Shown here one piece after another: positions 18,336 to 27,924 of a DNA stretch of 64,000 nt; the first letter of the stretch is position 1, and the number at the start of each line of letters is the position of its first letter. The notes beneath the pieces were generated by a model that saw nothing but the letters and a program-made list of their open reading frames with translations, made no database searches and was not told the origin of the DNA. The DNA comes from an archaeon (GTDB lineage: Archaea; Nanobdellota; Nanobdellia; Pacearchaeales; GW2011-AR1). The translations under genes were made by a program, and so were the position numbers. The stretch lies in the NCBI GenBank assembly GCA_018697035.1, contig JABHSE010000001.1, positions 29,653 to 93,652 on the forward strand, given 5' to 3'.

Positions 18336-21300
18336 GACCGGTTAAGAAGCAGATTAAGGAGATGAGATTTTCTTTGCTTAGTCCTGAGCAGATTAAGAAG
18401 TTGAGTGTTGCTAAGATTGTGACGCCTGAGTTGTATGATGTTGATGGATATCCGGTTGATGGTGGTTTGATGGATTTGAGGCTTGGAGCTGTTGATCCTG
18501 GTGTTCGATGTCGGACTTGTGGTGGTCGATTGAAAGAGTGTCTTGGGCATCCTGGTATTATTGAGTTGGCTCGTCCTGTTGTTCATATTAAGTATTTGCC
18601 AATTATTGATTTGGTTTTAAGGGCGACTTGTGAGGCTTGTGGAAAGGCTTTGATTAAGGAAGAGAAGGATTTGGCTAAGGATTTGGTTGGTCGTATTAAG
18701 AGAGCTAAGGATGGGAAGAAGTGTCCGCATTGTTCGATTATTCAGGAGAAGGTTCGGCTTGAGAAGCCGACTAGTTTTAGAAGTGGTCGTAGGCGATTAT
18801 TTCCTTCGGAGATTAGGGAGAGATTGGTTAATGTTAGTGACGAGGATTTGAAGATTTTAGGAATTAATGCTGAGAGTTTGAGACCAGAGTGGGCGATTAT
18901 GACTTCGCTTTTGGTTCCGCCCGTGACTGTTCGTCCTTCGATTACTTTGGAATCTGGTGAGAGGAGTGAAGATGATTTGACTCATAAGTTGTCGGATATT
19001 ATTCGAAGTAATCAGAGGTTGTGGGAGAATTTGAATGCTGGTGCGCCTGAAGTTATTATCGAGGATTTGTGGGATTTATTGCAGTATCATATTACGACTT
19101 TTTTTGACAATTCGATTGCTAAGATTCCGCCTGCGCGTCATAGAAGTGGTCAGCCATTGAAGACGATTGAGGAGAGGATTAAGGGTAAGGAAGGTCGGAT
19201 TAGGAAGAACTTGGCTGGGAAGCGAGTTAATTATTCTGCTCGTAGTGTTATTTCGCCGGACCCTAGTTTGAAGTTGAATGAGGTTGGTGTGCCTTTTGAG
19301 GTTGCGAAGATTTTAACTGTTTCAGATAAGGTGACTAGTGTTAATTTGAAGAGGATGAAAGAGTTGGTTGCTCGGACTGAGTATCCTGCGGCGAATTATA
19401 TTTTGCGTGGCGATGGTAAGAGGAAGCGGATTGTTGAGGAGTTGCGTGATGAGTTAGTTGAGGAGTTGGAGGTTGGGTATGTTGTTGAAAGGCATTTAAT
19501 TGATGGAGACGTTGTTTTATTTAATCGGCATCCGTCGTTGCATAGGGCGAATTTGATGGCTCATTTTGTTAAGGTGATTCCTGGTAGGACATTTAGGATT
19601 CATCCTGCAGTTTGTGGTCCTTATAATGCGGATTTTGATGGGGATGAAATGAATATTCATGCACCTCAAACTGAAGAGGCTCTTGCTGAGGCAAAGGTTT
19701 TATTGAACATTAATCAGAATTTATTTTCTCCAAAAAATAGTATGAATTTTTTCGGTTGTGTTAAGGATGCTGTTAGTGGTAATTATATGTTAAGGGAAGC
19801 TGATATGAGTAAGGAAGATGCGACGCAGTTGTTGTATAGTTCGGGCGTTGAAATTCCGAGTTTGAATAAGATGAATGCTGGTGCGGATATTTTCGAGAAG
19901 ATTTTACCTAAGGCTGCTTCTGGTAAGGGTTTTGATTCTACGAGTTTTAAGACTGGTAAAGGTGAGCCTCTAAGGGTTGTTGATAGGGAATTGGGCAGAG
20001 AGGAAGCTATGGAATTATTGAGGCAGATCTTTGCTATTGGGACTACTTTTTTATCTAGGACTGGTTTCACGCTTTGTGTTGAGGATTTAGATGTTCCTGA
20101 TTCTGTGAAAGATAAGACTGCTTCTATTATTAATAAGGCTGAAGGAAAGACGGAGAAGATTATTGAGAGTTATTATGATAAGAGTATGGAGTTGATTCCT
20201 GGGAAGACTGCGGAGGAGACTAGGGAGAATCAAATTTTGCAAGTTTTAAATGAGACTAGGACTGATATTGGGGACGCTGTTAAGACTGGGTTTTCTAAGG
20301 ATAGTTTGGCGAGTAAGATGATTGGTAGTGGGGCTGGTGGTAGTTTGTTGAATATTACACAGATTGCTTGTTCGGTTGGGCAGCAGGTTTTGAATGGGAA
20401 GCGGATTGATTTTGGTTATACAGGTAGGACGTTGTCTTGTTTTAAGAAGGGTGATTTGTCGGCGAGTTCTGGTGGTTTTATTCATAGTTCTTTTATGAAA
20501 GGGATGCAACCTCAGGAATTTTTCTTTGGTGCTATGACTGGACGAGATGGTCTGATGGATACTGCCTTGAGGACTCCGAGGTCTGGTTATTTGTATAGGC
20601 GATTGGCTAATGCGTTGCAGGATTTGATTATGGCCTATGATGAGACGGTTAGAGATGCTTCTAATAATATTGTTCAGTTTAAGTATGGGCTTGATGGTAT
20701 TGATATTTCGGCTAAGCACTTGAATAAGAAGGTTGCGCCCGGTGAGGCTATTGGGGTTATTACTGCTCAGAGTTTTGGTGAATCTTCGACACAGATGGTT
20801 TTGAATACGTTCCATTCCGCTGGTGTTGCAGAGGTTCAGGTGACTACTGGTTTGCCTCGTATCATTGAGATTTTGGATGCTAGGAAGATGCCTAAGACTC
20901 CTTCTATGGAAATTTATTTGGATAAGGATTTCAATAATGAGAAGAGCGCTCGGACTATTGCGGAGAAAATTAAGGAAGTTAAATTGAAGGAAGTTATTAG
21001 CGATATTGCAATTGATTTTGGATCGAAGAAGATTAAGATTGGTGTGGATATGAAAGCTTTGCGGGGTGTTCATATTTCTTTAGATAAGGCTGTTGAGGTT
21101 TTGGGTGAGAAAGGTTTTGAGGTCAAGAAGATGAGTGATGGAATTGTTTTAGATATGAAGAAGGATGATTTTAAGGTTATATATAGGACTAAGGAGAAAA
21201 TTAAGGAAGTTATTTTGACTGGGATTAAGAAGATTACGCAGGTTTTGGTTGTGAAGCGAGGGAAGGATTATGTGGTTTTGACTGCGGGTTCTAACTTGAA

Positions 21301-21745
21301 GGATGTTATGGCGTTTAAGGGTGTTGATGCTGATAAGGTTACTAGTAATGATTTGCATGAGACGACGGCTGTTTTGGGTGTTGAGGCTGCACGGACTTTA
21401 GTTGTTCAAGAAATTAATAAGGTTATTAGTTCGCAGGGTCTTGCAGTAGACGGGAAGCATGCGATGTTGCTTGCGGATACTATGACAGCGTCGGGAACTG
21501 TTAAGGGTATTACTCGTATGGGGATCATTGGGGATAAGAATTCTATTTTAGCTAGAGCTTCATTTGAGACTCCGGTTAAGCAGTTTGTTCAGGCTACTAA
21601 GACTGGTAAGAGGGATGAGTTGAAGTCGGTTATCGAGAATATCATTTTGAATCAGCCTGTGCCTGTTGGGACTGGATTACCTGGGTTGTTGGTTAAGGTT
21701 ACTGGATCATTGGCTGATAAAAAGAAGGAGAAGAAGGGTAAATGA
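18332..21745 (+). CDS. rpoA1: RNA polymerase subunit A, fused A'-A'' (Rpo1)
   Basis: NADFDGD active site, then APGEAIGVITAQSFGE..TQMVLNTFH and PVGTG in the same frame. Confidence 0.96.
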   Translation: MRPVKKQIKEMRFSLLSPEQIKKLSVAKIVTPELYDVDGYPVDGGLMDLRLGAVDPGVRCRTCGGRLKECLGHPGIIELARPVVHIKYLPIIDLVLRATCEACGKALIKEEKDLAKDLVGRIKRAKDGKKCPHCSIIQEKVRLEKPTSFRSGRRRLFPSEIRERLVNVSDEDLKILGINAESLRPEWAIMTSLLVPPVTVRPSITLESGERSEDDLTHKLSDIIRSNQRLWENLNAGAPEVIIEDLWDLLQYHITTFFDNSIAKIPPARHRSGQPLKTIEERIKGKEGRIRKNLAGKRVNYSARSVISPDPSLKLNEVGVPFEVAKILTVSDKVTSVNLKRMKELVARTEYPAANYILRGDGKRKRIVEELRDELVEELEVGYVVERHLIDGDVVLFNRHPSLHRANLMAHFVKVIPGRTFRIHPAVCGPYNADFDGDEMNIHAPQTEEALAEAKVLLNINQNLFSPKNSMNFFGCVKDAVSGNYMLREADMSKEDATQLLYSSGVEIPSLNKMNAGADIFEKILPKAASGKGFDSTSFKTGKGEPLRVVDRELGREEAMELLRQIFAIGTTFLSRTGFTLCVEDLDVPDSVKDKTASIINKAEGKTEKIIESYYDKSMELIPGKTAEETRENQILQVLNETRTDIGDAVKTGFSKDSLASKMIGSGAGGSLLNITQIACSVGQQVLNGKRIDFGYTGRTLSCFKKGDLSASSGGFIHSSFMKGMQPQEFFFGAMTGRDGLMDTALRTPRSGYLYRRLANALQDLIMAYDETVRDASNNIVQFKYGLDGIDISAKHLNKKVAPGEAIGVITAQSFGESSTQMVLNTFHSAGVAEVQVTTGLPRIIEILDARKMPKTPSMEIYLDKDFNNEKSARTIAEKIKEVKLKEVISDIAIDFGSKKIKIGVDMKALRGVHISLDKAVEVLGEKGFEVKKMSDGIVLDMKKDDFKVIYRTKEKIKEVILTGIKKITQVLVVKRGKDYVVLTAGSNLKDVMAFKGVDADKVTSNDLHETTAVLGVEAARTLVVQEINKVISSQGLAVDGKHAMLLADTMTASGTVKGITRMGIIGDKNSILARASFETPVKQFVQATKTGKRDELKSVIENIILNQPVPVGTGLPGLLVKVTGSLADKKKEKKGK

Positions 21746-22005
21746 GTGTTAAAGAATTGAAAGAAGGAATTGAAGAAGGTAAGGTGGTTTTTGGAATCAA
21801 GCAGGCTTTGAAGGTTGGCAAAAAGGCGAAGAATATATTTATTGCTAAAGATACTCGGGATAGTACGGTGGAGAAGCTGGAGAAAGCGGAGCTGGCGTTT
21901 GATGTTTTGAAGTCTAAGGAAGATTTGACTAAGGAATTAAATCTTGACTTTGCTTGTGAAGTTTTTTGTTTGTATCAGGGCGTATCTCATAAAGGGGCAA
22001 AGTAA
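21742..22005 (+). CDS. rpl30e: Ribosomal protein L30e (divergent)
   Basis: GKVVFGIKQALK, L7Ae-family pattern, canonical position after rpoA. Confidence 0.75.
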   Translation: MSVKELKEGIEEGKVVFGIKQALKVGKKAKNIFIAKDTRDSTVEKLEKAELAFDVLKSKEDLTKELNLDFACEVFCLYQGVSHKGAK

Positions 22006-22006
22006 G

Positions 22007-22366
22007 ATGCCAGTTAAGATGAATGATTTGGGTTTTTCTGATAAAAATTATTTTAAAGAATTTGGATGTAAGAAGGTTTCTGGTTCAGTCCATTCGTCTT
22101 CTTATTCATTTGAAGGTAATCTTGTAGAAGAAATTTTTGGTGTTGTTTCTGAAATGGGTCCTCGTAAAGATAGTATGAGAGTTGATTCTGATAATCGTTT
22201 TTATGATATTAAAGGTGCTGATGTTTTTGTTTCTTATAACTCAGCGAATAAGGGAATAGAAACAAGGATTTCTATTTGGGATAAAAATGGGAATTTAGAA
22301 TTAAGAACCGAAATTACAGAAGGAATTAGCGGTAAGTGGAAGGAGCTAAGGGAGGGAGCGAAGTAG
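22007..22366 (+). CDS. Orphan ORF between rpl30e and nusA
   Basis: Starts 1 nt after rpl30e; its stop abuts the nusA ATG. Confidence 0.65.
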   Translation: MPVKMNDLGFSDKNYFKEFGCKKVSGSVHSSSYSFEGNLVEEIFGVVSEMGPRKDSMRVDSDNRFYDIKGADVFVSYNSANKGIETRISIWDKNGNLELRTEITEGISGKWKELREGAK

Positions 22367-22792
22367 ATGGCAGGTGTTATTGATATGCAGTTGATGAGGT
22401 ATATTAATTTATTTGCGCGGACGACTAAGGTTTCTACGACTAAGGTTTTTTATTATAATAATCAAATTATTTTTGCTGTTCCGAAAGCGAAGGTTTCTAT
22501 GGCGATTGGGAAGGGAGCTTGTAATATTAAGAGGATGAGTGAGACTTTGCGGAAGAAGATTCGGGTTGTTGTCATGCCGGCGGTTGATGATGTTGAGGGG
22601 ATTAAGAAGTTTGTTGGGGATGTTGTTGCGCCGATTGAGTTTGTTGGGATTGAGATGAAGGGTGGGAGTATTGTTGTTAATGCTGGACGGCAGAGCAAGG
22701 CGGCTTTGATTGGACGTAATAGGGGACGTGAGAAAGAGTTGGCTGATGTTATGAAGGATTTTTTTGGGGTTAGTAAGTTGCGGATTGCCTGA
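22367..22792 (+). CDS. nusA: Archaeal NusA (KH domains)
   Basis: AIGKGACNIK and ALIGRNRG KH motifs; operon position. Confidence 0.9.
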   Translation: MAGVIDMQLMRYINLFARTTKVSTTKVFYYNNQIIFAVPKAKVSMAIGKGACNIKRMSETLRKKIRVVVMPAVDDVEGIKKFVGDVVAPIEFVGIEMKGGSIVVNAGRQSKAALIGRNRGREKELADVMKDFFGVSKLRIA

Positions 22793-22796
22793 GTTT

Positions 22797-22902
22797 AATT
22801 TTTGATTCCTACTTGTAATTTCTTGGTAAAAAAATGATTCACGTACGCCTGTACGCTTCACATTTTTTTACGCTGCGAAATTTCTGCGTATAAACCAAAA
22901 TT
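22797..22902 (+). repeat. Stop-codon-associated hairpin repeat, subfamily B, copy 1
   Basis: AATTTCTTGGTAAAAAAATG...TCACGTACGCCTGTACGCTTC...CATTTTTTTACGCTGCGAAATT. Confidence 0.88.
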
Positions 22903-22997
22903 GTTAACAAACTTGGTTTTTATCGACGGGAAGTTTCTGTGGTATTAATTTTAAAGGGGCAAAGTTTTATAAATCAATTTTTCACTTAATTGTTACT

Positions 22998-23420
22998 ATG
23001 GGTTTGATGAATGGACGTAAGATGAAGAATAAGCGGAAGAAGTTTCGTGATAATAGGTTGCCTGATAAAAAGAAAAGGCTTGGTATTAGTTTGAAGTTTG
23101 ATCCACTTGGTCGGGCTAGTCAGGCTAAGGGTATTGTTGTTAAGAAGATGCAGAAGGAAGCTAAGCAGCCTAACTCTGGTATGAGGAAGTGTTGTAGGGT
23201 TCAGTTGATTAAGAATGGTAAAGAGGTTCCTGCTTTTATTCCTGGGAATTTGGCGCAGAAGTTTGTTGATGAGCATGATGAGGTTATTATTGAGAGGATT
23301 GGTGGGAAGCAGGGAAGGACTAAAGGGGATTTGTCTGGAGTTAGGTTTTGTGTTATTAAAGTAAACGATCAGCCATTGGAGAGACTTTGGATGGGTAAGA
23401 TTGAGAAGGGGCGACGATGA
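22998..23420 (+). CDS. rps12: Ribosomal protein S12 (uS12)
   Basis: EAKQPNSGMRKC, VQLIKNGK, DEHDEV. Confidence 0.96.
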   Translation: MGLMNGRKMKNKRKKFRDNRLPDKKKRLGISLKFDPLGRASQAKGIVVKKMQKEAKQPNSGMRKCCRVQLIKNGKEVPAFIPGNLAQKFVDEHDEVIIERIGGKQGRTKGDLSGVRFCVIKVNDQPLERLWMGKIEKGRR

Positions 23421-23602
23421 ATCCCGAAGGTAATTTTCGAGTTCGTAAGAAGAGAGTTAGTGATTTGGTTAAGAAAACTACAAATCATATTAGTGCTTTT
23501 TACGACGATAGTACTAGTGGTGATGGTTTACCAAGTAAGAATAAGCGTTACCAATACTATTCTGTTCAGGAAAAAATAATCAAGTATGGAGGTGCGGATT
23601 AG
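23417..23602 (+). CDS. Orphan ORF (61 aa) between rps12 and rps7
   Basis: ATGA overlap with rps12; ends 2 nt before rps7. Confidence 0.55.
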   Translation: MNPEGNFRVRKKRVSDLVKKTTNHISAFYDDSTSGDGLPSKNKRYQYYSVQEKIIKYGGAD

Positions 23603-23604
23603 AT

Positions 23605-24201
23605 ATGGTAGAGATGAAGGTTTTTGGTTTGTTTGACGCTAGTGAAGTTAGAGTTGAGGATCCGGGTTTGAAGAAGGTTGTTAATTTGAATGCTAAGTTG
23701 ATGTTGAAGAGTCATGGTAGGATTAAGTGGGATCCAGCTAGGACTAAGGTTAATGTTGTTGAGAGATTGATTAATTTGTTGCAGGTTCCTGGAAGTCGAG
23801 GGAAGAAGCATAAGATTATTACTGGTTGGATTACGGGGAAGCAGACTCGGTGTACTGGGATTGTTATTGATGCGTTTAAGATAATTGAAGAGAAGACGAA
23901 GGAGAACCCTTTGAAGGTTTTTGTTCGGGCTATTGAGAATGCGGCTCCGAGAGATGAGACTACTACGATTGTTATGGGTGGTTCTAAATATCCTCAAGCA
24001 GTTGATGTTTCGCCACGACGAAGGTTGAATTTGGTTTTGAGGTATTTTGTTAATGGGTCCTATGATAAGGCGTTTAATAAGAAGGCGACGATTGTTGAGG
24101 CTTTGGCTAAAGAGATAATGTTGGCTGCGGATAATTCGGGTGAGTCTTATGCTGTTCGGAAGAGAGTGGATACGGAAAAACAGGCAGACGCGGCTCGGTA
24201 A
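23605..24201 (+). CDS. rps7: Ribosomal protein S7 (uS7)
   Basis: VERLIN, AIENAAPRDET, AVDVSPRRR. Confidence 0.96.
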   Translation: MVEMKVFGLFDASEVRVEDPGLKKVVNLNAKLMLKSHGRIKWDPARTKVNVVERLINLLQVPGSRGKKHKIITGWITGKQTRCTGIVIDAFKIIEEKTKENPLKVFVRAIENAAPRDETTTIVMGGSKYPQAVDVSPRRRLNLVLRYFVNGSYDKAFNKKATIVEALAKEIMLAADNSGESYAVRKRVDTEKQADAAR

Positions 24202-24303
24202 TTTTAATTTCTAGCGTTTCATACTTCGTTGCAAGAACACTCACGTACGCCTGTACGCTTCGCAACCTTGCGCCTTGTCTAAATCTGCTATAAATCAAAA
24301 TTA
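24199..24303 (+). repeat. Stop-codon-associated hairpin repeat, subfamily A, copy 2
   Basis: Begins at the rps7 TAA; GCAAG/CTTGC and CGTAC/GTACG stems. Confidence 0.92.
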
Positions 24304-24352
24304 TTAACTGGAGTGTCATTATTTTTATAAAGTTGGATTTTGTTCTTTTTTT

Positions 24353-24550
24353 ATGGATGATAGATTGGAGAAGATTCGTGCTTCGGAGAAGAAAATTAAG
24401 TTGGAGTTGATTGATGAAGGATGGGCACCTGTTGATAAGAAGGAGTTTGGTGGATACCTTTTCAAGATGATTGATGGTGAAAAGAATATTTATGCGCCTG
24501 ATGGTATGGGTGGGTATTATGTTAGGTATCGATTTTTTGTTAAAACTTAA
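24353..24550 (+). CDS. Orphan ORF (65 aa)
   Basis: TTTATAAA box about 21 nt upstream. Confidence 0.6.
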   Translation: MDDRLEKIRASEKKIKLELIDEGWAPVDKKEFGGYLFKMIDGEKNIYAPDGMGGYYVRYRFFVKT

Positions 24551-24625
24551 AATTACTGACTTTTGTCATTTTTTTCAGAACTAGAGTATAATTATTTTTA
24601 TAAAGTGGTTATTTTTATACTTTAC

Positions 24626-24946
24626 ATGAATAGGAAATATTTTGGGTATGCTGCTGGTTTGGCTGGTATGAGTATGTTTCTTTATGGATTGTTTTTTACG
24701 GATTTAAATCGTGTTTCCAAAAGTGATATTGTTGATGAGCTTCAGAGTGTCACTCGGGAGGTTGCGGCTTATAATTATGAGAATTTAGATAGGCTTGCGG
24801 AATTGGTTTCCGATTCTTCTAATGTAGAGAATTTGAGGTTATATTCTGATGCTAAGAATACTGAGCATAGGAAAGGTGTTTTGTTTTCTTTAGCTGGTTT
24901 GGCTGGAGTGATTGGTGGCCATGCTTTGGCTAAGAAAAAAGAGTAA
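24626..24946 (+). CDS. Orphan membrane protein (two TM segments)
   Basis: Hydrophobic N- and C-terminal segments; TATA box upstream. Confidence 0.65.
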   Translation: MNRKYFGYAAGLAGMSMFLYGLFFTDLNRVSKSDIVDELQSVTREVAAYNYENLDRLAELVSDSSNVENLRLYSDAKNTEHRKGVLFSLAGLAGVIGGHALAKKKE

Positions 24947-25040
24947 GTAGTTGTTGTGACCAAGGGTGCTTTGGCTTGTTTTTTCGATTTGAATTTTATT
25001 ACAGCAAAACTTTATAAAAGGTTTTTTCGATTGCTTGTTC

Positions 25041-27212
25041 ATGGCTGCTGATATGACTGAGAAAGTTAAGGAATTACAGAATGATCCTACACATATTCGG
25101 AATATTGCTATTTGTGCACATATTGATCATGGGAAGACGACGTTTTCTGATAACTTACTTGCTGGTGCTGGGATGATGAGTGAGGCTTTGGCAGGGAAGG
25201 CGCGGACTTTGGATTTTCATGAAGATGAGGCGGAGAGAGGGATTACAATTGATTCAGCTTCGGTTTCTATGGTGCACACTCATGATAAGCAAGATTATTT
25301 GATTAATTTAATTGATACTCCAGGTCATGTTGATTTTGGTGGGGACGTTACTCGGGCTATGAGAGCGGTTGATGGTGCTATTGTTTTATCTTGTGCTAGT
25401 GAGGGGATTATGCCTCAGACTGAGACTGTTCTTCGTCAGGCTTTGAAGGAAAGAGTTAGACCCATTCTTTTTATTAATAAAGTTGATAGATTGATTCGAG
25501 AAGTTAAGCTTACTCCTGAAGAAATGCAGAAGAGGTTTATTGGAATTATTAATTCTGTTAATGAGTTGATTGCCGAGATTGCCGAGCCTGAGTATAAGCA
25601 AAAATGGCAAGTTGGTGTTGCTGATGGGACTGTTGCCTTTGGTAGTGCGTTTCATAATTGGGCATTGAGTATTCCGTATATGCAGAAGCATGGAATTAGT
25701 TTTAAAGAAGTCATTGAGGCTTATGAAGCTGGTGGAGAGGAATATAAGGTTTTAGCGAAGAGAGCTCCGATTCATGAGGTTATTTTGGGTATGGTTGTTG
25801 ATAATCATCCTAATCCTGTGACTGCTCAAGAATACAGAATCCCGAAGATTTGGCATGGTGATTTGGAGAGTGAGGCTGGAAAAGATTTTATGAATTGTAA
25901 TATTAAAGGTGAAGTTGCATTTGTTCCGATTAAGATTGTAATCGATCCTCATGCTGGTGAGGTTGCGGCTGGACGACTTTTTGGTGGGACTATTAAACAG
26001 GGTGATGAATTGTATATGAATATTGCTAAGACTAAGGTTAGGGCTCAGCAGGTTTCTATTTACAAGGGAGCTTCTAGGGTTCAGCTAAGTGAAGTTGTTT
26101 CTGGGAATATTGTTGGTATTGTTGGTTTGAAAGATGTTGTTGTTGGCGAGACTGTTTCTCGAAACCCGATTGAACCGTTTGAAGCTATTAGTCATTTGTT
26201 TGAGCCTGTTGTTACGAAGTCGATTAGTGCTAAGAGAACTGCTGATTTGCCGAAGCTGATTGAAATTTTGAGACAGATTGGGAAAGAGGATCCGAGTTTG
26301 AGGATTGAGATTAATGAAGAGACTGGGGAGTCGTTGATGTCGGGTATGGGAGAATTACATTTAGAGATTATCGAGAATAGAATTAAGAGCGAGAAGGGTC
26401 TTGAGATTGAGATGGGTCCTCCGATTATTGTTTATCGTGAGTCGGTTGCGAAGGTTAGTGATGTTGCTGTTGGGCGAACTCCAAATAAGCATAATGATTT
26501 TTTTGTTACGGTTGAGCCATTAGAGGAAGCGATTATTGAGGCTATTGCTGATGGGACCTTGCCAATCGGACGGATTAAGAAGAAAGATAAGGCGCTTGAT
26601 GAAACTTTGGTTGGTTTGGGGATTAGCCGAGATGAGGCGCAGCAGTATAGGGATATTTACAAGGGAAGTGTTTTTCAAGATAGGACGAAAGGTATTGTTC
26701 AGATTGGTGAGGTTATTGAATTGTTGCTTGATGCTTTTGAGCAGGTTATGGATGCTGGTCCGTTGGCGAGAGAGCCTTGTCATAAGATGAAGGTTTCTAT
26801 TGTTGATATGAAGTTGCATGAGGATGCTATTCATAGAGGCCCTGCACAGGTATACCCGGCTGTTCGTGATGCTATTAAGGAAGGTTTTGCTAAGGCTGTT
26901 CCTGTTATTTATGAGCCAGTTCAGGTTCATCAGATTGAAGCGCCGATTTCTTTTATGGGTGCTGTAACAAGTTTGGTTTCTACGAAGAGAGGGCAGTTGG
27001 TTGATGTCGAACAGGATGAGACTGGCGTGACTGTTCGTGCTGAGTTGCCGGTTTCGGAGATGATTGGTTGGACTAGCGATTTGAGGAGTTCGACTGAAGG
27101 TAGGGGTTCTTCGAGTTTGGTTAGTCAGACTTTTAAGAAGTTGCCTGGTGATATGCAAAGGAAGGTTATTGCGCAGATACGGGAGCGGAAGGGTTTAGCC
27201 GAAAACCAATAA
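25041..27212 (+). CDS. fusA: Elongation factor 2
   Basis: AHIDHGKTT, DTPGHVDF, NKVD, diphthamide loop LHEDAIHRGPAQ. Confidence 0.98.
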   Translation: MAADMTEKVKELQNDPTHIRNIAICAHIDHGKTTFSDNLLAGAGMMSEALAGKARTLDFHEDEAERGITIDSASVSMVHTHDKQDYLINLIDTPGHVDFGGDVTRAMRAVDGAIVLSCASEGIMPQTETVLRQALKERVRPILFINKVDRLIREVKLTPEEMQKRFIGIINSVNELIAEIAEPEYKQKWQVGVADGTVAFGSAFHNWALSIPYMQKHGISFKEVIEAYEAGGEEYKVLAKRAPIHEVILGMVVDNHPNPVTAQEYRIPKIWHGDLESEAGKDFMNCNIKGEVAFVPIKIVIDPHAGEVAAGRLFGGTIKQGDELYMNIAKTKVRAQQVSIYKGASRVQLSEVVSGNIVGIVGLKDVVVGETVSRNPIEPFEAISHLFEPVVTKSISAKRTADLPKLIEILRQIGKEDPSLRIEINEETGESLMSGMGELHLEIIENRIKSEKGLEIEMGPPIIVYRESVAKVSDVAVGRTPNKHNDFFVTVEPLEEAIIEAIADGTLPIGRIKKKDKALDETLVGLGISRDEAQQYRDIYKGSVFQDRTKGIVQIGEVIELLLDAFEQVMDAGPLAREPCHKMKVSIVDMKLHEDAIHRGPAQVYPAVRDAIKEGFAKAVPVIYEPVQVHQIEAPISFMGAVTSLVSTKRGQLVDVEQDETGVTVRAELPVSEMIGWTSDLRSSTEGRGSSSLVSQTFKKLPGDMQRKVIAQIRERKGLAENQ

Positions 27213-27316
27213 TTTCAATTTCTAGCGTTTCATACTTCGTTGCAAGAACACTCATGTGCGCTTGCACACTTCGTAATCTTGCGCCTCGTCTAAATCTGCT
27301 ATAAATTGGAATTGTT
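27208..27316 (+). repeat. Stop-codon-associated hairpin repeat, subfamily A, copy 3
   Basis: Includes the fusA TAA; apical stem changed to TGTGC-GCTT-GCACA (compensatory). Confidence 0.92.
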
Positions 27317-27351
27317 AAGTGGAGTGGCATTATTTTTATAAAGTTTAATTT

Positions 27352-27822
27352 ATGAGTCAATTTATGACTATTGACGGAAAAGAATTCAAGAAAGGTGGAG
27401 TCTATAAATTAGTTTCTAGTAATAGGCCTGAATATTTGAATTTAGTGGGGGTTAGAAAAGAGGTTTTATCGTCTGATAGTGTCAAATATGCTACGTTTTT
27501 TTCGGTTTTGCATGATTCTTCTGCCTTGATTAATTGTGATGATTTTTCGGCCTATAAGAACATTGTGCCTGTAAGAGACTTGAGAATTGAGGATAATGGA
27601 TTTTTGTCTTCGGTTAATAGTTGGAATGCTAAGCATATTTGGTATGATGCTAATATGGCTACGAGATCTGATTTTATGAAAAGTTGGTTGGAAGAATGTA
27701 CTGATGTTTTAAAGAAGCTTGGTTGTGAAAATATTGAAGATATTTTTCGAGGCAAGATAACTTGGGAAAAAGATAGTTGCGCTTACGGGGTTTTTGGTAG
27801 TGGTAGTGGTAAAAGATTATGA
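27352..27822 (+). CDS. Orphan ORF between fusA and tuf
   Basis: 156-aa ORF (possible start at 27364) after the repeat-linked TATA box. Confidence 0.65.
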   Translation: MSQFMTIDGKEFKKGGVYKLVSSNRPEYLNLVGVRKEVLSSDSVKYATFFSVLHDSSALINCDDFSAYKNIVPVRDLRIEDNGFLSSVNSWNAKHIWYDANMATRSDFMKSWLEECTDVLKKLGCENIEDIFRGKITWEKDSCAYGVFGSGSGKRL

Positions 27823-27924
27823 AGACCACTAACTTTAAAAACCAAAATCTATATTCTAAATTGTATCGTTTGGATAATATCTCTTCGACACAATTAAACT
27901 AACTAAATGAAAAAATAGAAAAAA

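Noticed and set aside
24199..27320. Hairpins as integron attC sites
   Set aside because: No consistent RYYYAAC/GTTRRRY ends (only the fusA copy ends near GTTAAGT), no integrase in the window, and they follow essential genes.
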